Made by a program: the position numbers and the translations under genes
Notes under the pieces: model-generated
What the model was told of the DNA's origin: nothing
Databases searched by the model: none
What the model saw: the letters and a program-made list of their open reading frames with translations, nothing else
Shown here: piece after piece, positions 24,371 to 38,074 of the stretch
Position numbering within the stretch: position 1 is the stretch's first letter
How the letters are laid out: each line of letters begins with the position of its first letter
Assembly: GCF_006345805.1 (NCBI RefSeq)
Contig: NC_043008.1
Span: 52,080,001 to 52,144,000, forward strand
DNA from: Octopus sinensis
Taxonomy: Eukaryota
Reading direction: 5' to 3'
Length of the DNA stretch: 64,000 nt

Positions 24371-25156
24371 TGCGCAGTGTGAGATGGATCAGTATCAAAT
24401 GGATTAATTAGTGTACTGTTTATTTTTGCTGTAGGTAGTGCACAAAATGGTGTGTGTTTCCCAGCATGCAAGTTGATGTATATAGTATAAACATGTGGTA
24501 TAAACATTCAAACATCAACATTATTTTTCCAAATTCTATTGCATTTCTCAGAGATTTTGGTTTGAAAATTTGACTTGTATGATGGAAAATATGATGTTTT
24601 TACCAAGTTATTTGAAATAATGACTGTAATACATATTCTATGCAATGCACCTTCATGACTGTAACAAAGTTTAACTCTAAATGAACCTGTGGTCATTAGT
24701 CCTGCAGCTTTTTGACCAGCATTGTGTGTGTCACATAAATAGAACTGAAACAATATATGCAACTTAGGTTGTTATAGCAATAGTACCACTTCTTCATTCT
24801 CTGTGATCCTTAGAAATACGTTTTTGAAGAAATCACTCTTGCGCCTAATTTCAACAAGACCTATTAACATAGACCAGTTAATTAAGATTTCTACTGCTTT
24901 GTTTTGGATTGTGTGTAGGGCTCATGTTATGCTGTGTGTAAGGATCAAACTATGCTATCTGTGTAGGGGCCAAGTTGTCATCATCATCATCATCATTGTT
25001 TAACGTCCGTTTTCCATGCTAGCATGGGTTGGGCAATTCGACCGGGGTCTGGGAAGCCAGAAGGCTGCACCAGGCTCCAGTCTGATCTGGCAGAGTTTCT
25101 ACAGTGGGATGCCCTTCCTAATGCCAACCACTCCGTGAGTGTAGTGGGTGTTTTTT

Positions 25157-25199
<43 letters not shown>

Positions 25200-25644
25200 T
25201 AATCAAATTGTACTATATGTAGGGATCAATCATATTTTTTTAATTTTTATTGTTTTAGAACATTATGAAATTCCAACAATAAGAATTCAATGTTTAAATC
25301 ATATTCTTTGGACTTTTATAAATCTGTCTGATTTAGTGTGTTTGTGCTAGGCGTGTAGACTTTCCATACACATACAGAAGTGTGTTGATGTTCTTTATGG
25401 AAACACCAGACTGATTTAGCTCATTTACCAGAAACAAAATGAAAGAAGAACATATTCAACAAGTCATAATCAACAGTAATATTAGACATTAATAATTAAT
25501 GGAACCATAAATTAAAATTGATATTCAGATGCATTACCAGAATTTGTGAATGTTCTTAAGAACTTTCAGTGTCTTCAGTTAGAATCCATGCTTATTATCT
25601 CTGATTAAGTATTTTTTTAGCTCATTAAGAATTAAGATGTAATA

Positions 25645-26031
25645 GGCGCAGGGGTGGCTGTGTGGTAAGTAGCTTGCTAACCAACCACATGGTTCCGGGT
25701 TCAGTCCACTGCATGGCATCTTGGGCAAGTGTCTTCTGCTATAGCCCCAGGCCGACCAATGCCTTGTGAGTGGATTTGGTAGACTGAAACTAAAGAAGCC
25801 CGTCGTATATATGTGTATGTTTGTGTGTCTGTGTTTGTCCCCCTAGCATTGCTTGACAACCGATGCTGGTGTGTTTATGTCCCCGTCACTTAGCGGTTCG
25901 GCAAAAGAGACCGATAGAATAAGTACTGGGCTTACAAAGAATAAGTCCCGGGGTCGATTTGCTCGACTAAAGGCGGTGCTCCAGCATGGCCGCAGTTAAA
26001 TGACTGAAACAAGTAAAAGAGTAAAGAGAGA
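25645..26031 (+). mobile_element. SINE family 2, full length, 6 bp TSD
   Basis: Same head and tail as 18020. TSD gtaata at 25639-25644 and 26032-26037. Confidence 0.92.
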
Positions 26032-26289
26032 GTAATAAATCATTAATTTTCCAATGTTGGTGTAGGATTTAGGGTAAAATTAGTCTTAATTTCCTTTTGG
26101 GCTAACAAAGTTCATTGTTATCCTAAATGAATTAGTTTGATGAAGCATATCTGGACAAATATTAACATTTTCCTACAAATGCGACAGGTCTGCTCACAGT
26201 TCTGGTGTCAAGTTGGTGCATTACGATTATGAACGGACATGCTGGTATCTTGTCTTATTTCTCTCTCTCTCTCTCCTAATCACAAGACA

Positions 26290-26326
26290 GGGAGGGGTGT
26301 GGTGGGCTGTTTGGGTGGGGGTTGGG
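26290..26326 (+). other. Canonical G-quadruplex-forming motif
   Basis: gggaggggtgtggtgggctgtttgggtgggggttggg has at least four G3+ runs with loops of 7 nt or less, in unique AT-rich sequence. Confidence 0.55.
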
Positions 26327-26582
26327 CTTCTGATTTGCACATGTGACTAAATGTCTGCTTAAGAACAGCTGCAAATAATATGATTAAAAAAGAAATAACA
26401 AAGTTTTTTTGTTTTTTTTTTTGATTATCTATAATATCCAAATTCATTGTATGATTATTGCATTCTTTAATACATAGAACCAGTTTCCGCTAAATTGAAC
26501 ATATAACTCCTATGGCTTTTTAACTGGCATTATATGTGTGTATATATGTATGTATATATATATATATATATATGTGTGTATG

Positions 26583-26619
<37 letters not shown>

Positions 26620-26719
26620 TGTGGGGGAATGACCGTGTCAGTGGGTGTGACTGTGTGTGTGGGTGTGCATGCGCTCTCTCTCTCTCTCTCTCTCTCGCTC
26701 TCTCTCTCTCTCTCGCTCG

Positions 26720-26752
<33 letters not shown>

Positions 26753-27828
26753 TTCTTTCTTCAAACTGTAATTGTGTGATTAATACATTAACTATCCAAA
26801 CATTTTATGCTACTCTTCAACAATTGCATTGTTAGAATGAAGCTGTCAAAATTCCCAAACATTTTGTCACATGATGGGCATGAAAACATTAAGGTAACAT
26901 AAAATACTCACATAGCTTCATAGCTCTGTAATTAGAAGTGGTTTATAATTTCATGTGGCTGTGTGGCGAGAAGTTTGCTTCCTAACCATATGGTTCCAGG
27001 TTCAGTCTTACTGCATGGCGCCTTGGGCAAGTGTCTTTTACTATAGCCTCGGGCCAACCAAAGCCTTGTGAGTGGATTTAATAAACAAAATAAGATATAT
27101 ATCTATTTGTACCAAGAAGACATGGGACAAGATGGTGAAGCATGATCTCCTGATGTTGAGTGTCATGGAGCTGGTGACAAATGATTGAGACCTTTGGAGA
27201 TTTGCTGTGCTTGAGAAGACATGTCAAGCCAAGTGAAATCATATTCATGGTCAGTACCAGTGATGCATAAGAGGCACCCACTGCACTCCTGGAGCGGTTT
27301 GTATTAGGAAGGACGTCCAGCTGTAGAAACCAAGTCAAATCAGGTTGGAGACTTGTGCAATTCTCAGGCCATCAGACTGTCTGACCCATGCCAGCATGGA
27401 AAACGGACACTAAATGATGATGATGATGATGATGATGATAAATGTGTTTTTGTTTGTTTCCCAATACCACTTGACAACCAATGTTGACTTGTTTACGTCC
27501 TTGTAAAGTACCACTTTGGCAAAAGAGAGCTGATAGAATAAGTACCAGGTTTAAAAATAAGTAACTAGGGTCACTGTGTTTGATTAAACCCTTCAGAGCG
27601 GTGCCCCAACTTGGCAACTGTCTAATGACTGAAACAAGTTGAAGATAAGAGATAAACTGATAAAACAAAGAAATGTCTTACATTTGGAGTGATCAGGAGT
27701 GCTAATTTCTTCAGTTGCAGATGTGTTTTGATAGTAAAGCTAACATGAAAGGTTTACCAATGCAGAAGATGAAGCACAATAATCTGATACAGATTGTTTT
27801 CTTATATATAAAGACAGAATATGAATAT

Positions 27829-27994
27829 ATTTCTTTTTTTTTTTCTGTATGTCCTTACAAAGCTGGATATTTACTCTTTAATATTTTTGTTACTATATTT
27901 CAGTTGAAACGTATTGATATCGTTTAAATTCATTTTTGAAACAATGAAGAATTTAGTAAAATAACTTTCTCATTATTAACCCTTCTGATGCCTT
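27829..27994 (+). repeat. Dispersed direct duplication of 23959-24123
   Basis: About 165 bp with only a few differences, covering unique flank and the nested-MITE junction. Confidence 0.9.
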
Positions 27995-30900
27995 TTGATT
28001 AATTTGATTAATAACCTTATAACATGCATTTCAAAGCTCCTCTATGGTTATCAGCTACTATATACTATCACCCACCAGGAATACTCCTTTTACGATAACA
28101 TGTGAAACTCTCAGCAACTGACAGCTGTTGCTAAAGTATGGAAACACTTGGTGATTTGGATTAAAGCCTGTTCATTCTGGAATAGTTTTATAAGACATCC
28201 GTTTGATATATATTCGAGTTATGCAATAAAAGCAGCTCTAGAATAAGTTTTCATCTGCAAAACATATTTAATGCATGTGTATCAAGAAGCTGCAATTTTA
28301 TGTCTGGGAAAAATCCCTTTATAAATGTATTGTGTTAAAATGCTGCAACTTCTGGCTTTTTGGCAATAATACACTTACATTATGTTATATGTATATTGGT
28401 CTCTCCTGTAGTATATGACAGATGGGTGTTCTACAGGTTTTTGCTGAACAACCTGTGCATTTCATTCATTTGCTGTGATAAAACTTTGGTGTTCTACGTT
28501 AATTCACTCCCTCCATCAAATTGACATTACCTTTACAGGTGTATGGTATGCCACGCAGGAGATGTCGAAGTGAATGCACCACCTGCAGGAATTGAAACTG
28601 CAAACCTGCAATCATGAGTGAAACATCCTAATCACTAGGTCACGTGCTCTCACTATGTTTTGTGTTTGTGTGTGTGTGTGGAGTTGGGAGAGAGAGAGAG
28701 AAGGAAACAAATATTTTTTTCATATATATTGTCTGTGAGAAGAATTTTCTCCTGGGACTGTTTCTGCAGTAAAAAGTCACCATGCTTGCTGGTACAAAAA
28801 CATGTTAAATCTGAGTGCACATGATAATTTTGTTTCCAACTGCTGGAAATTGTATTAAGGTTTCTCTCTGCAGATCTGAGTAATTTTCAAAGTGAGGAGT
28901 TTAATCATGTCTTTGATATAATAGAGTTCTCTCATTAAATAATTTCTCCAATATCTAGTAACTAGTGTTGCTAATTTTTGTTTAAATATGCAAATTATGT
29001 AGGCTGTTGATTGTGTCCTATGTACCTTGGCTGCTGAAGATAGGTGAGGACTAATAATGCCTATTGAAGCAGAAGCACAGGTCCAAGACTGTCCTTTTAT
29101 CTCTGGACAATAAACCTGCCATTTTCCTTAATGTTTTGTCAATTTTGGAAAATTCTTGATTCATGAAATTGTCTTCTCATATGGAGCTGTTCTCAACTGC
29201 CATTTGGTAATTGTGATATTCCCTCTAGAGATAGAAATATTTTTAATAAATCAAGAATTTATGTTGTATGGTAATTGATATCCCTATATTCATTCATATA
29301 CAAGCCGCTGTCCTCCTTCAATTATTTCTCTTTTCTTTCATGTTTAATTTATTCAACAACTACTCAGTTGTATTTCTCTTCAAAATATACAATCTTTTCA
29401 TGTTCGATCACCTCTCCACTGTCTCCAAATAATTTTTCTTTCTTCTCACGCTATCCCACCGAACTTTTTTTTTTCTTTTTGGTTGTGATTGTTGAATCTT
29501 TCAGTCATTATTCTCTGAACTTGTCTGTCGAGAGTATGCTGTCTGTCTGCAAACTAATTCATGAAAAATACTGATTCCTTTGTCTGTGGAAACTGGCATC
29601 CTCTAAAATAAGAGAACATAAAAATATCTGGAGCACTTATGGTTCCTACATTGCTTTTACTTTAGTCTTCTGTAAATGTCGATGTGTTATATAGATTACA
29701 AAAACATGTATTGCAAACTGATTTGTTATAATGCCAAAACTTCTTATATTACTGTATTTTTATGGTCTACTAAAATTGTATTATGGTACCATTAAATTAT
29801 GAATATAGCTTTAGAATAATTGGTGTGCCGATACCATTTCTGGAATATATGTGGTTTTGATTTGTTTCGAATGTCGACTTAAATTAGAGATTGGTTAAAC
29901 TTGTCATATTCTGGATCTTCCACCCATGTTCATAATACGCAAGATTGTTATTTCCAGTTCAAATAGGTTCCTATCAAAAGGCAAATATAATTGGAAGGGA
30001 AGTTTTGTGGTTACACACACGTGCGTGCATCCTCTCTCTCTCTTTTTCTCTCATATAAATTAGAATGGTTTCCTAAAATAAAGGGATAAAAATGAGTGTA
30101 GAAGCACTAAAGTAGAAAGATAATAGATTACTTATGCATCAAGGTGATGATAAATTATATTGAAGTCTATAACAAGTTTATTCTTCCAGTATTGACATCA
30201 GTTTGGTTATTTCCTGCTAACATTTATCCTTTTATGCTTATATATTGAAGTAAGATGGATTATTTCTACGGAAATGACAGATATAGCAATACTTGGTTAT
30301 GAAATTCTCTGAGTATACAAGGCATTCATTCTTCAGCTTTCAATCAATGCAATTAATACAGCATTATTATGTTTTTTATCTTCATCAAAATTAGAATTTG
30401 ATTTATCATCTAGTCTTTTACTTTACTTCTTTGATGACAGTAATTGTTGCAATGATAGTTTTTAGTTTGATTTTTCTGAAGAATATATTTTACAAAAATA
30501 ACATTTAGATAGATCTCTTCAGAATCAGGATCTTTTTATTTCATTTTTTTTTTTTTTACCTGTTCTTATGAATGTGTTTCAAGTGGTGCCTAGGTTGAAA
30601 ACTATTGGAATGAATAAATTTAATATTTTAAGTTCAGCTTCAGTTCAGGTCTGTTTTGCATTTTTTGCTCTTTCTGGGATCAGTTTTAGTTTTCCCCTCT
30701 CAAAGTTCAAAAGTACAAGTACCAGTCATATACTAGGCTAGCTCAGTTCATTGAACTGTGCAACATACCTATAGAATTTTGTTTTGTCAGTTAGCATTAA
30801 TAGTTTCCTTTTTCAGTTTGAAAGTATAAAAATTAAACTGACCTTCAAAAGCAGGGGATTTTTTTGAGGTCTTTTTTCCTCAATCCTTTTAAACTGTATA

Positions 30901-32235
30901 ACTAAGTAAACTTACTGAAGATAAAAGTTTTATTTCACAGGAAAAATGATAGGACTTCAATACCAATCAGGAAGGGGCCATGCTTAAAATGCAGAAATAT
31001 TTTGATAGGAATTCTGTATGGTGTTCCAATGTAAGTTTTTGGTGTTATGTTTAAGGAAAGAGGCAGCCAAAATCCATGCTATGCCACTGAGTTCAGAAAA
31101 GTTTGGTTGGTGCATATGGTGGAAGAGAGCGGGGGAGATAAAGCGATATATAAGACAACTAGTAGAGTCTGAACCATTCTCTACAAGTCACACTTTCATT
31201 CAGGCCAACAACCTATTTTTCTTTCTTTCTCTCTTTCTTTATCTCAAGTAATATCTACTCAAATTTCATTTCCTTTTTTTTTTTTTGCTTTTTATTTTTT
31301 TATGTCTCTGGAGGGTCATTAATTTCCCCCCCCCCCATATCTTTTCTCTAAATAATCATGTTTTCCTAAACAAGACAAGGTCAGGATAAAAAAAGAAGGG
31401 GATATAAATTCATTCAAGTTCAACTTTTATTGAATTGCAAAGTTTTTTTTCTTCTTCTAATTACATTTAAGGTGATTCACCTTGAGCATGAATAGTTGGA
31501 TAATAATGATGTTAATTGGCCAATTATCTTTGTTTTAAACAGATGGTGTTGCCCCTTAACATGTGTTCTTAATGATTCAAGATCGTGTTACTGCCTTCAA
31601 ACAAATTAGTTTATGTTTCCATAAACTCACTGAGTTTGTGTCATACCGCCATAGTGTTCGTTAACTGATCTAATAATAACAGTTGCCATTTCTGTCCAAC
31701 ATATTTACTACAAGCAAGAAATAACACACAAAAAGAAAACCTTTATTCACTTGGTAGTTCCTTTATTTTTACATCAACTGATCCAACGTATGCCTATGGC
31801 TTAGTTTCATTCTTTCTTACTGTATTGAAATATTATTTTATAGGCTCTCATTGTTCTCTAAGGCAGTTCCTGATTCTTTCAGTATTGTATCTCATCATCA
31901 TCATCATCATCAAACATTCACTTTTCCACGCTTGTCTTGGTTGGATGGAATTTATTAAGGCAAATTTTTAATGAATTTCTGGCACCAATCTTCACCTGTT
32001 TCCAAAGATTATTCTCGATGACCAGACATGCTTTTCATGGAAAACTGGAAGTGAAGGGTACTGCTTGCATAATGGTGACATCCATTTACAAGGCAAGGAG
32101 ACAATATGCATATACATACATTGTGTGGATGTGTTGTAAGAACCTTCAGACAGTGCCTTCTATAGCCTCAGGCCATCCAAAGTTTTGTGAGTGGATTTGG
32201 TTGATGTAAATTGGAAGAAGACTACCGTGTGTATA

Positions 32236-32432
32236 CTCTTTACTCTTTTACTTGTTTCAGTCATTTGACTGCAGCCATGCTGGAGCACCACCTTTAGTCG
32301 AGCAAATCGACCCCGGGACTTATTCTTTGTAAGCCCAGTACTTATTCTATCGGTCTCTTTTGCCGAACTGCTAAGTGACGGTGACGTAAACACACCAGCA
32401 TACACACACAAACATACACACACACACACACA

Positions 32433-32468
<36 letters not shown>

Positions 32469-32647
32469 GTATACATATATATGACAGGCTTCTTTCAGTC
32501 TCCGTCTACCAAATTCACTCACAAGGCTTTGGTCGGCCTGAGGCTATAGTAGAAGACACTTGCCCAAGATGCCACGCAGTGGGACTGAACCCGGAACCGT
32601 GTGGTTGGTAAGCAAGCTACTTACCACACAGCCACTCCTGCGCCTAT
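32236..32647 (-). mobile_element. SINE family 2, full length, 9 bp TSD
   Basis: Reverse complement of the family consensus. TSD gtgtgtata at 32227-32235 and 32648-32656. Confidence 0.92.
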
Positions 32648-33037
32648 GTGTGTATAATATATATAATGTGTCTTTGTGTTTGTCTCCCACCACTCTTGGC
32701 AAAAAGAGACTGATAGAATAAGTGCCAGGCTTAAGAAAATAAGTACTAGAATCAATTCAATCAACTAAGGTTCATATTGGTGAACTGAGATTATATATAT
32801 ATATATATATATATATGCATGAACATACACACACAATGAGCTTCTTTCAGTTTCTACCTGCCAAATCCACTCATAAGCCTGGAACCATAGTAGAAGATAT
32901 TTGCCCATGGTGCCACACAGTAGGACTGATCCATAATGTCGGTTTTTTTCTTCTTTTTGAGCCTCTCATCATGTATAATTATAATTACTAAAGAAACAAT
33001 TTATGTGAGGTTTACTTTTTGTGTGTGTATATTTGTG

Positions 33038-33124
<87 letters not shown>

Positions 33125-33757
33125 ATGTGTGTATATATTAATAAGCAAGTTAAACTTGGCAGACTGCTACTACTGTTGCTGCTCATGATGATAATTACCA
33201 TTATTGTTATTGATCTTCAAAAATGAATTTTCATTTCATCAATGCCTCTACAAATAAGGTAGATCTAGATGACCATCAAATGTATTTCATCATTGTCATC
33301 ATTTAACATTCTTGTGCCACAAATTAGATGGTTTGAGAGAATCTGACTAACCTGAGGAATATGTTGGACTACAACATCTGCTTTGGTATGAATAGCACAG
33401 CTGGATACCTTTCCTAATGGTCACCACTGTACAAAGTGTACTAGGTGCTTTTTCTGTAGCACCAGCATTAGTGAGGTCACCAAGTAACTCATTAGACAAG
33501 ACACTCCTTATGTAAACAGAGTTGGGGTGCAATATTGAGGGAGGTGACTTTGTGCCAGGTGCAAGAAGGCTGAAGTAGGAATATCTCCAAATGTAAACCG
33601 GGACAAAGAATTCATTTTGTTTATGCAATAAAAGAACAAAAAACAATTTCCATTTTTAAATCTTTTTTTTATTTATTTGTTCTATATATAAAATGTCTTC
33701 AGTGAATATTGCTAAACTTCCATACATTTAAATTTTCTATCTTTTACTTTTTTTCAG

Positions 33758-33888
33758 CTGAGCCTTTACCTCTTATGGATATCTGTCGACGGGTTATTCG
33801 TCAACAACTCAACAAGAACAGACTGCATGAAATCCACAAGCTTCCACTTCCTCGATCATTGAAAAGTTATCTACTTTATCAGTCCTAG
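33758..33888 (+). CDS. SPSB1: Last coding exon of SPRY domain-containing SOCS box protein (SPSB1/4, gustavus orthologue)
   Basis: Strong acceptor ctttttactttttttcag|ct. Translates (P)EPLPLMDICRRVIRQQLNKNRLHEIHKLPLPRSLKSYLLYQS*, matching the SPSB1/gus C-terminal SOCS box PEPLPLMDLCRR...LPLPxSLKxYLLYQ, with a phase-1 intron just before it. The paralogue number cannot be resolved from this exon. Confidence 0.93.
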
Positions 33889-34063
33889 CTGATTATGGCT
33901 GGAATACGGCTCTCACAGACGATGTCAGCGACGACGACAGCGTGGCGTTATCGGCGTCCTCCTTCTCCTCCTTGGAACTTATCTCATGTTCATATGTACA
34001 GCATCAAAGTCTGGCTTTAAGCATATAGCCTAAAATTATCGCTCAACCTTGACATCGGAATCC

Positions 34064-34081
34064 AATAAAAAAATAAATAAA
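34064..34081 (+). terminator. Clustered AATAAA, candidate proximal polyadenylation signal of the SPSB gene
   Basis: Three overlapping or adjacent AATAAA about 180 nt after the stop. The region is A-rich, so chance occurrence is possible. Confidence 0.35.
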
Positions 34082-34588
34082 CCAAAAAAAACAAACAAAC
34101 AAACAAACAAAAAAACTATACAGCATCTATGTCCCATTGAAGAAAAAGTCAGACAAAAACAAAATGTTACCTTTTGTACCGAAAATGCTTTTGGTAGCTT
34201 GGATATGTCTGGAGAGGTGCCAGAGATTCAGTCCTCCTAGAACTTGGCTGGTTGTCTTCTTTTTTTTTTTAATTCTAATTTTTTTTTTCGATTTTTATTT
34301 AAGGGTTATTTGATAAGAGCAGTCTATTTTGATAAGAGGAAACAGATGAAAAAACAAAAAAGATTCCTATCTCTTGGGGATGATCTGGGAATCGGTCCAG
34401 TGTTGTTTTGGAATGACAAAATTTTAAAACTCCCTTCCCCCCTCCCCCTACCATCTAATAATGAAAATGCAATGACATTTTGAAATGTGAATGTCTCTTT
34501 GAAGAAAAAAAGTAAAAGATAAAAAGAAAGAAAAAGAAAAACAAAATTGGTTCAATGTGTCTCGATTCTTCTCTCACTGTTTTTCAGT

Positions 34589-34753
34589 CACACACACACA
34601 CACACACAATTCATACATTGGAACGATATATTTTATTGTTACATATGCATGCATGTATGTATGTTTGTATGCATGTATGTATGTATGTATGTATATGCGT
34701 ATATGTGTAGGTATGTATGTATATATATATATCTGTGGGTGTGTATGTATGTA

Positions 34754-34787
<34 letters not shown>

Positions 34788-35071
34788 ATGTCCTGCAGAC
34801 ATCTACCAGAAGCAGAACATGGACACATCATCACCTTTATATCGTGGAGTCCCTGGGAGTTTTGGGTCTTACAGCATAAACCCCTCATTCAGACGAGGGT
34901 GTTACACACACACACACACACACACAATTCATACATTGGAACGATATATTTTATTGTTACATATGCATGCATGTATGTATGTTTGTATGCATGTATGTAT
35001 GTATGTATGTATATGCGTATATGTGTAGGTATGTATGTATATATATATATCTGTGGGTGTGTATGTATGTA

Positions 35072-35111
<40 letters not shown>

Positions 35112-35246
35112 GTCCTGCAGACATCTACCAGAAGCAGAACATGGACACATCATCACCTTTATATCGTGGAGTCCCTGGGAGTTTTGGGTCTTACAGCATA
35201 AACCCCTCATTCAGACGAGGGTGTTACACACACACACACACACACA
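34589..35246. repeat. Tandem duplication, unit about 318 bp, bounded by (CA)n
   Basis: attcatacattgg starts at 34609 and 34927. The copies are identical except for microsatellite length. Confidence 0.95.
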
Positions 35247-36117
35247 CGTGCGTGTGTGTGTGTGTGCGTTTCAAAGAATGACCTTTTAAATATTTTCCTG
35301 TATAGAAAGTATTAAAGAGTATCTTAATCAAGAAATACTTATATATATTATATATATATATTTCTTAAACTGGAACAGTCTGGGAGAGATGTGTGAAGAA
35401 GAGTAGGTCAAAAGAGAAAAAAGAAAAACAAAATAGAATGAGAGAGGAATTTTCTTTTGTGCATTATCTTTTCTTTTTCTCTGTAAAGACACTGTGGCCA
35501 TTTAATTAGGTAAATCCTTGCTACAGTCTGAAGCCAATGTTTTAATGCTGCCTTCTTTTTTTTTTTTTATTTGCCATCTATCTCACCACCATTCCATAGT
35601 GTGTCTTTTATGGTATTGCCCTAGTAGTTGCTCACTCTTATGACCGATCCAAAGTGCATTTATAGGGTTTGTGTCTTTTTACTTTTCTTTTTCTTTTTTT
35701 TTTCCAGAGGGGTAAAAGAACTGCAATAAAGTCAAATCTATTGCTTAGTTATCTTTTTTTTTTTAATTTTATTTAATTATGTTTGTTGATTTTTTTAAAA
35801 TTCTTCTTTTTTTTTTCACCATTATAAAGTCAAATTTCATCATCTGGGAATGTCAAAAGTATGTGTGAATGCATAAGTGTATGTACAGATTATCTATGGA
35901 CATTGCATTATGAATTCTTGCTGAAAAGTTTCATAGAATTCTTAAGCAAAATTGTTGCATTCCTTAAAATGTCTTCTCTTTCTCTCAATATATATGTGTA
36001 TATTTGTAAGTATATATGCGTGTGTGATACATATACTGCATTTGAAGCTATCAGTGTTAGCTCATCAGTTTTAGCATTTTTATCTGTTTCACATCTCTTC
36101 TATCACCTGCCTCCATC

Positions 36118-36156
<39 letters not shown>

Positions 36157-37711
36157 GTTAGCACGCTGGGTGAAATGCTTGACGGTATTTTGTCCATCTT
36201 CACATTCTCAGTTGAAATTCCGCTGAGGTTGACTTTGCCTTTCATCCTTTCAGAATTGATAAAATAATGTATCAGTCAAGTACTGGGGTCGATGCAGTTA
36301 ACCCACCCCTTCCCTAAAATTGCTGGCCTTTTGCGAAGCTTTGAAATCTTCTAAAGCAGCATGCTAGTGGAATCATTTAGTACACCAGATGAAATGTTCG
36401 GCAACATTTCTTCTGACTTTATGTTCTGAGTTTAAATGCCACTAAGGTTGACTTTGCCTTTCATTCTTTCTGGATCAGTGAAATAAGTACCAGTTGAGCA
36501 CTTGGGGTTGATGTACTCGATTAGCCCCTCCCCCACACATTTCAGGCCTTGAACTTATAGAAGACAGAATTAATGTTATTTCTATTCATCTAAAACTGTC
36601 TTATCTGTTGCTGAATTATTTATGTTTAAATTTACGTTCAAATTAAGTCTTAATTTATTGCTTTTTCTATCTTAAATTCTATTTTAAATTATCAATGTTC
36701 ATCCTGTAAGAATGTCCATTGTCCAAACTATTTTGAAAATATTTTGTTAAACTTCGTTTTTGCTTGTATTATGTTGGTTCCTAAAAACTGAAACGCCATG
36801 TATATTTCAATTTTTTAAAAAATATTTTATACGATGTTGTTTTCGTTGTTGTGGCAGTCATTTTAAAGTTTTTTTTTTGCCCCGCCTCAGTGCTATCATT
36901 TTTTTTTTCATTTTTAATCTTAATTTTCTGATATTTCTCAAGTTTTGGTATTAACTATCCTTGGTTTGGGAGGTTAAGAAGAAACTAAAGGGAAAGGGTT
37001 GGTATCTTTGTGTTTTAAAAATATTTTTTTAACAAGAAATGTCTTTATTGATATTGAAATAATATCAAAACACTCAGAAATGTATAATATTATTTCCTTT
37101 GTGTGTATCGTTTACTGGAATCAATAATAATCGTTAGGAGGACCAAGGAGACTTTAGGATAGCACCTACTCGCCCCACCTTACCCTGCAACCCTAAGTTT
37201 TGTGCTTTTTTTTTTGTTTTTGTTTCCCCATTCTTAACCTTTTAATTTTCATTTTTACATTGTTTCATTAATATGTGTTTTATGTTTGGAATTTAAAAGC
37301 AATTTTCTTTTTTTCTTCTTTCCTTTTAATTATAATTTTTGATAAGATATTGAATTTCATTGATGGTGACAAATCTAATAGTATGTGTGTATGTGTGTTA
37401 TTGCATGTTTCTGTGTGTGTATTAATACTTCTACAACTGCAGCTAAACAAAACCCTTTAGTTTCTTGAATATTTCTCAATCATAGAGGATGCATTCACAT
37501 TTCAAAAAAAAAAAGAAAAAGAAAAAGAAAAATGAAGGAAAGAAAATAAGACACAAGAAAAAAATTAATTTTCAATTATTATTTTTTTTTTTTCCATGGA
37601 AGAAGAGGCAAAATTGAAAGGAATTTTATTAAAGTTATGCAGGGAATCATTGCTTCGATCAAATTTTCTGTATTATCTTAACAAAACTCCTCCTGTAATA
37701 AACGTCATATG

Positions 37712-37749
<38 letters not shown>

Positions 37750-37765
37750 TGTGTGCATGTATATG

Positions 37766-37797
<32 letters not shown>

Positions 37798-38074
37798 GTT
37801 AAAACTGACCCAGAAGATTGCCTGTCAAATAAAAGAGCTTCGAGTTTGCCACTCTACGGATATCTCTCAACTAGCCAAGAATGATGATGATTTCTTTATA
37901 AACAGCTGAAAGATATGTCTGAACTTTTTAGAAAGAAAGTAATTTATTATATCCCTTTCAAAAATAAATTTTGTTTTACCTTGTTCAAGTTAAAATTTCA
38001 CAGTTGTCTTCTTTTTATATATAAATATATGTCACTGATTTATTGCAAGCCATTATGTATGTGATATATATATA

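Noticed and set aside
29040-29610. Purine-rich minus-strand stretch reading ..PKRKKKVRWDSV.. (PP1-docking-like) with acceptor-like sites
   Set aside because: About five stops in about 105 codons is near chance, and all frames after the acceptors close.
1-33757. Upstream SPRY-encoding exon(s) of the SPSB gene
   Set aside because: No SPRY motifs (e.g. RGTHAVVG, WGWDL, VSAVWGHCE) were seen in the ORF track or by eye; probably outside the window, though very small exons could have been missed.
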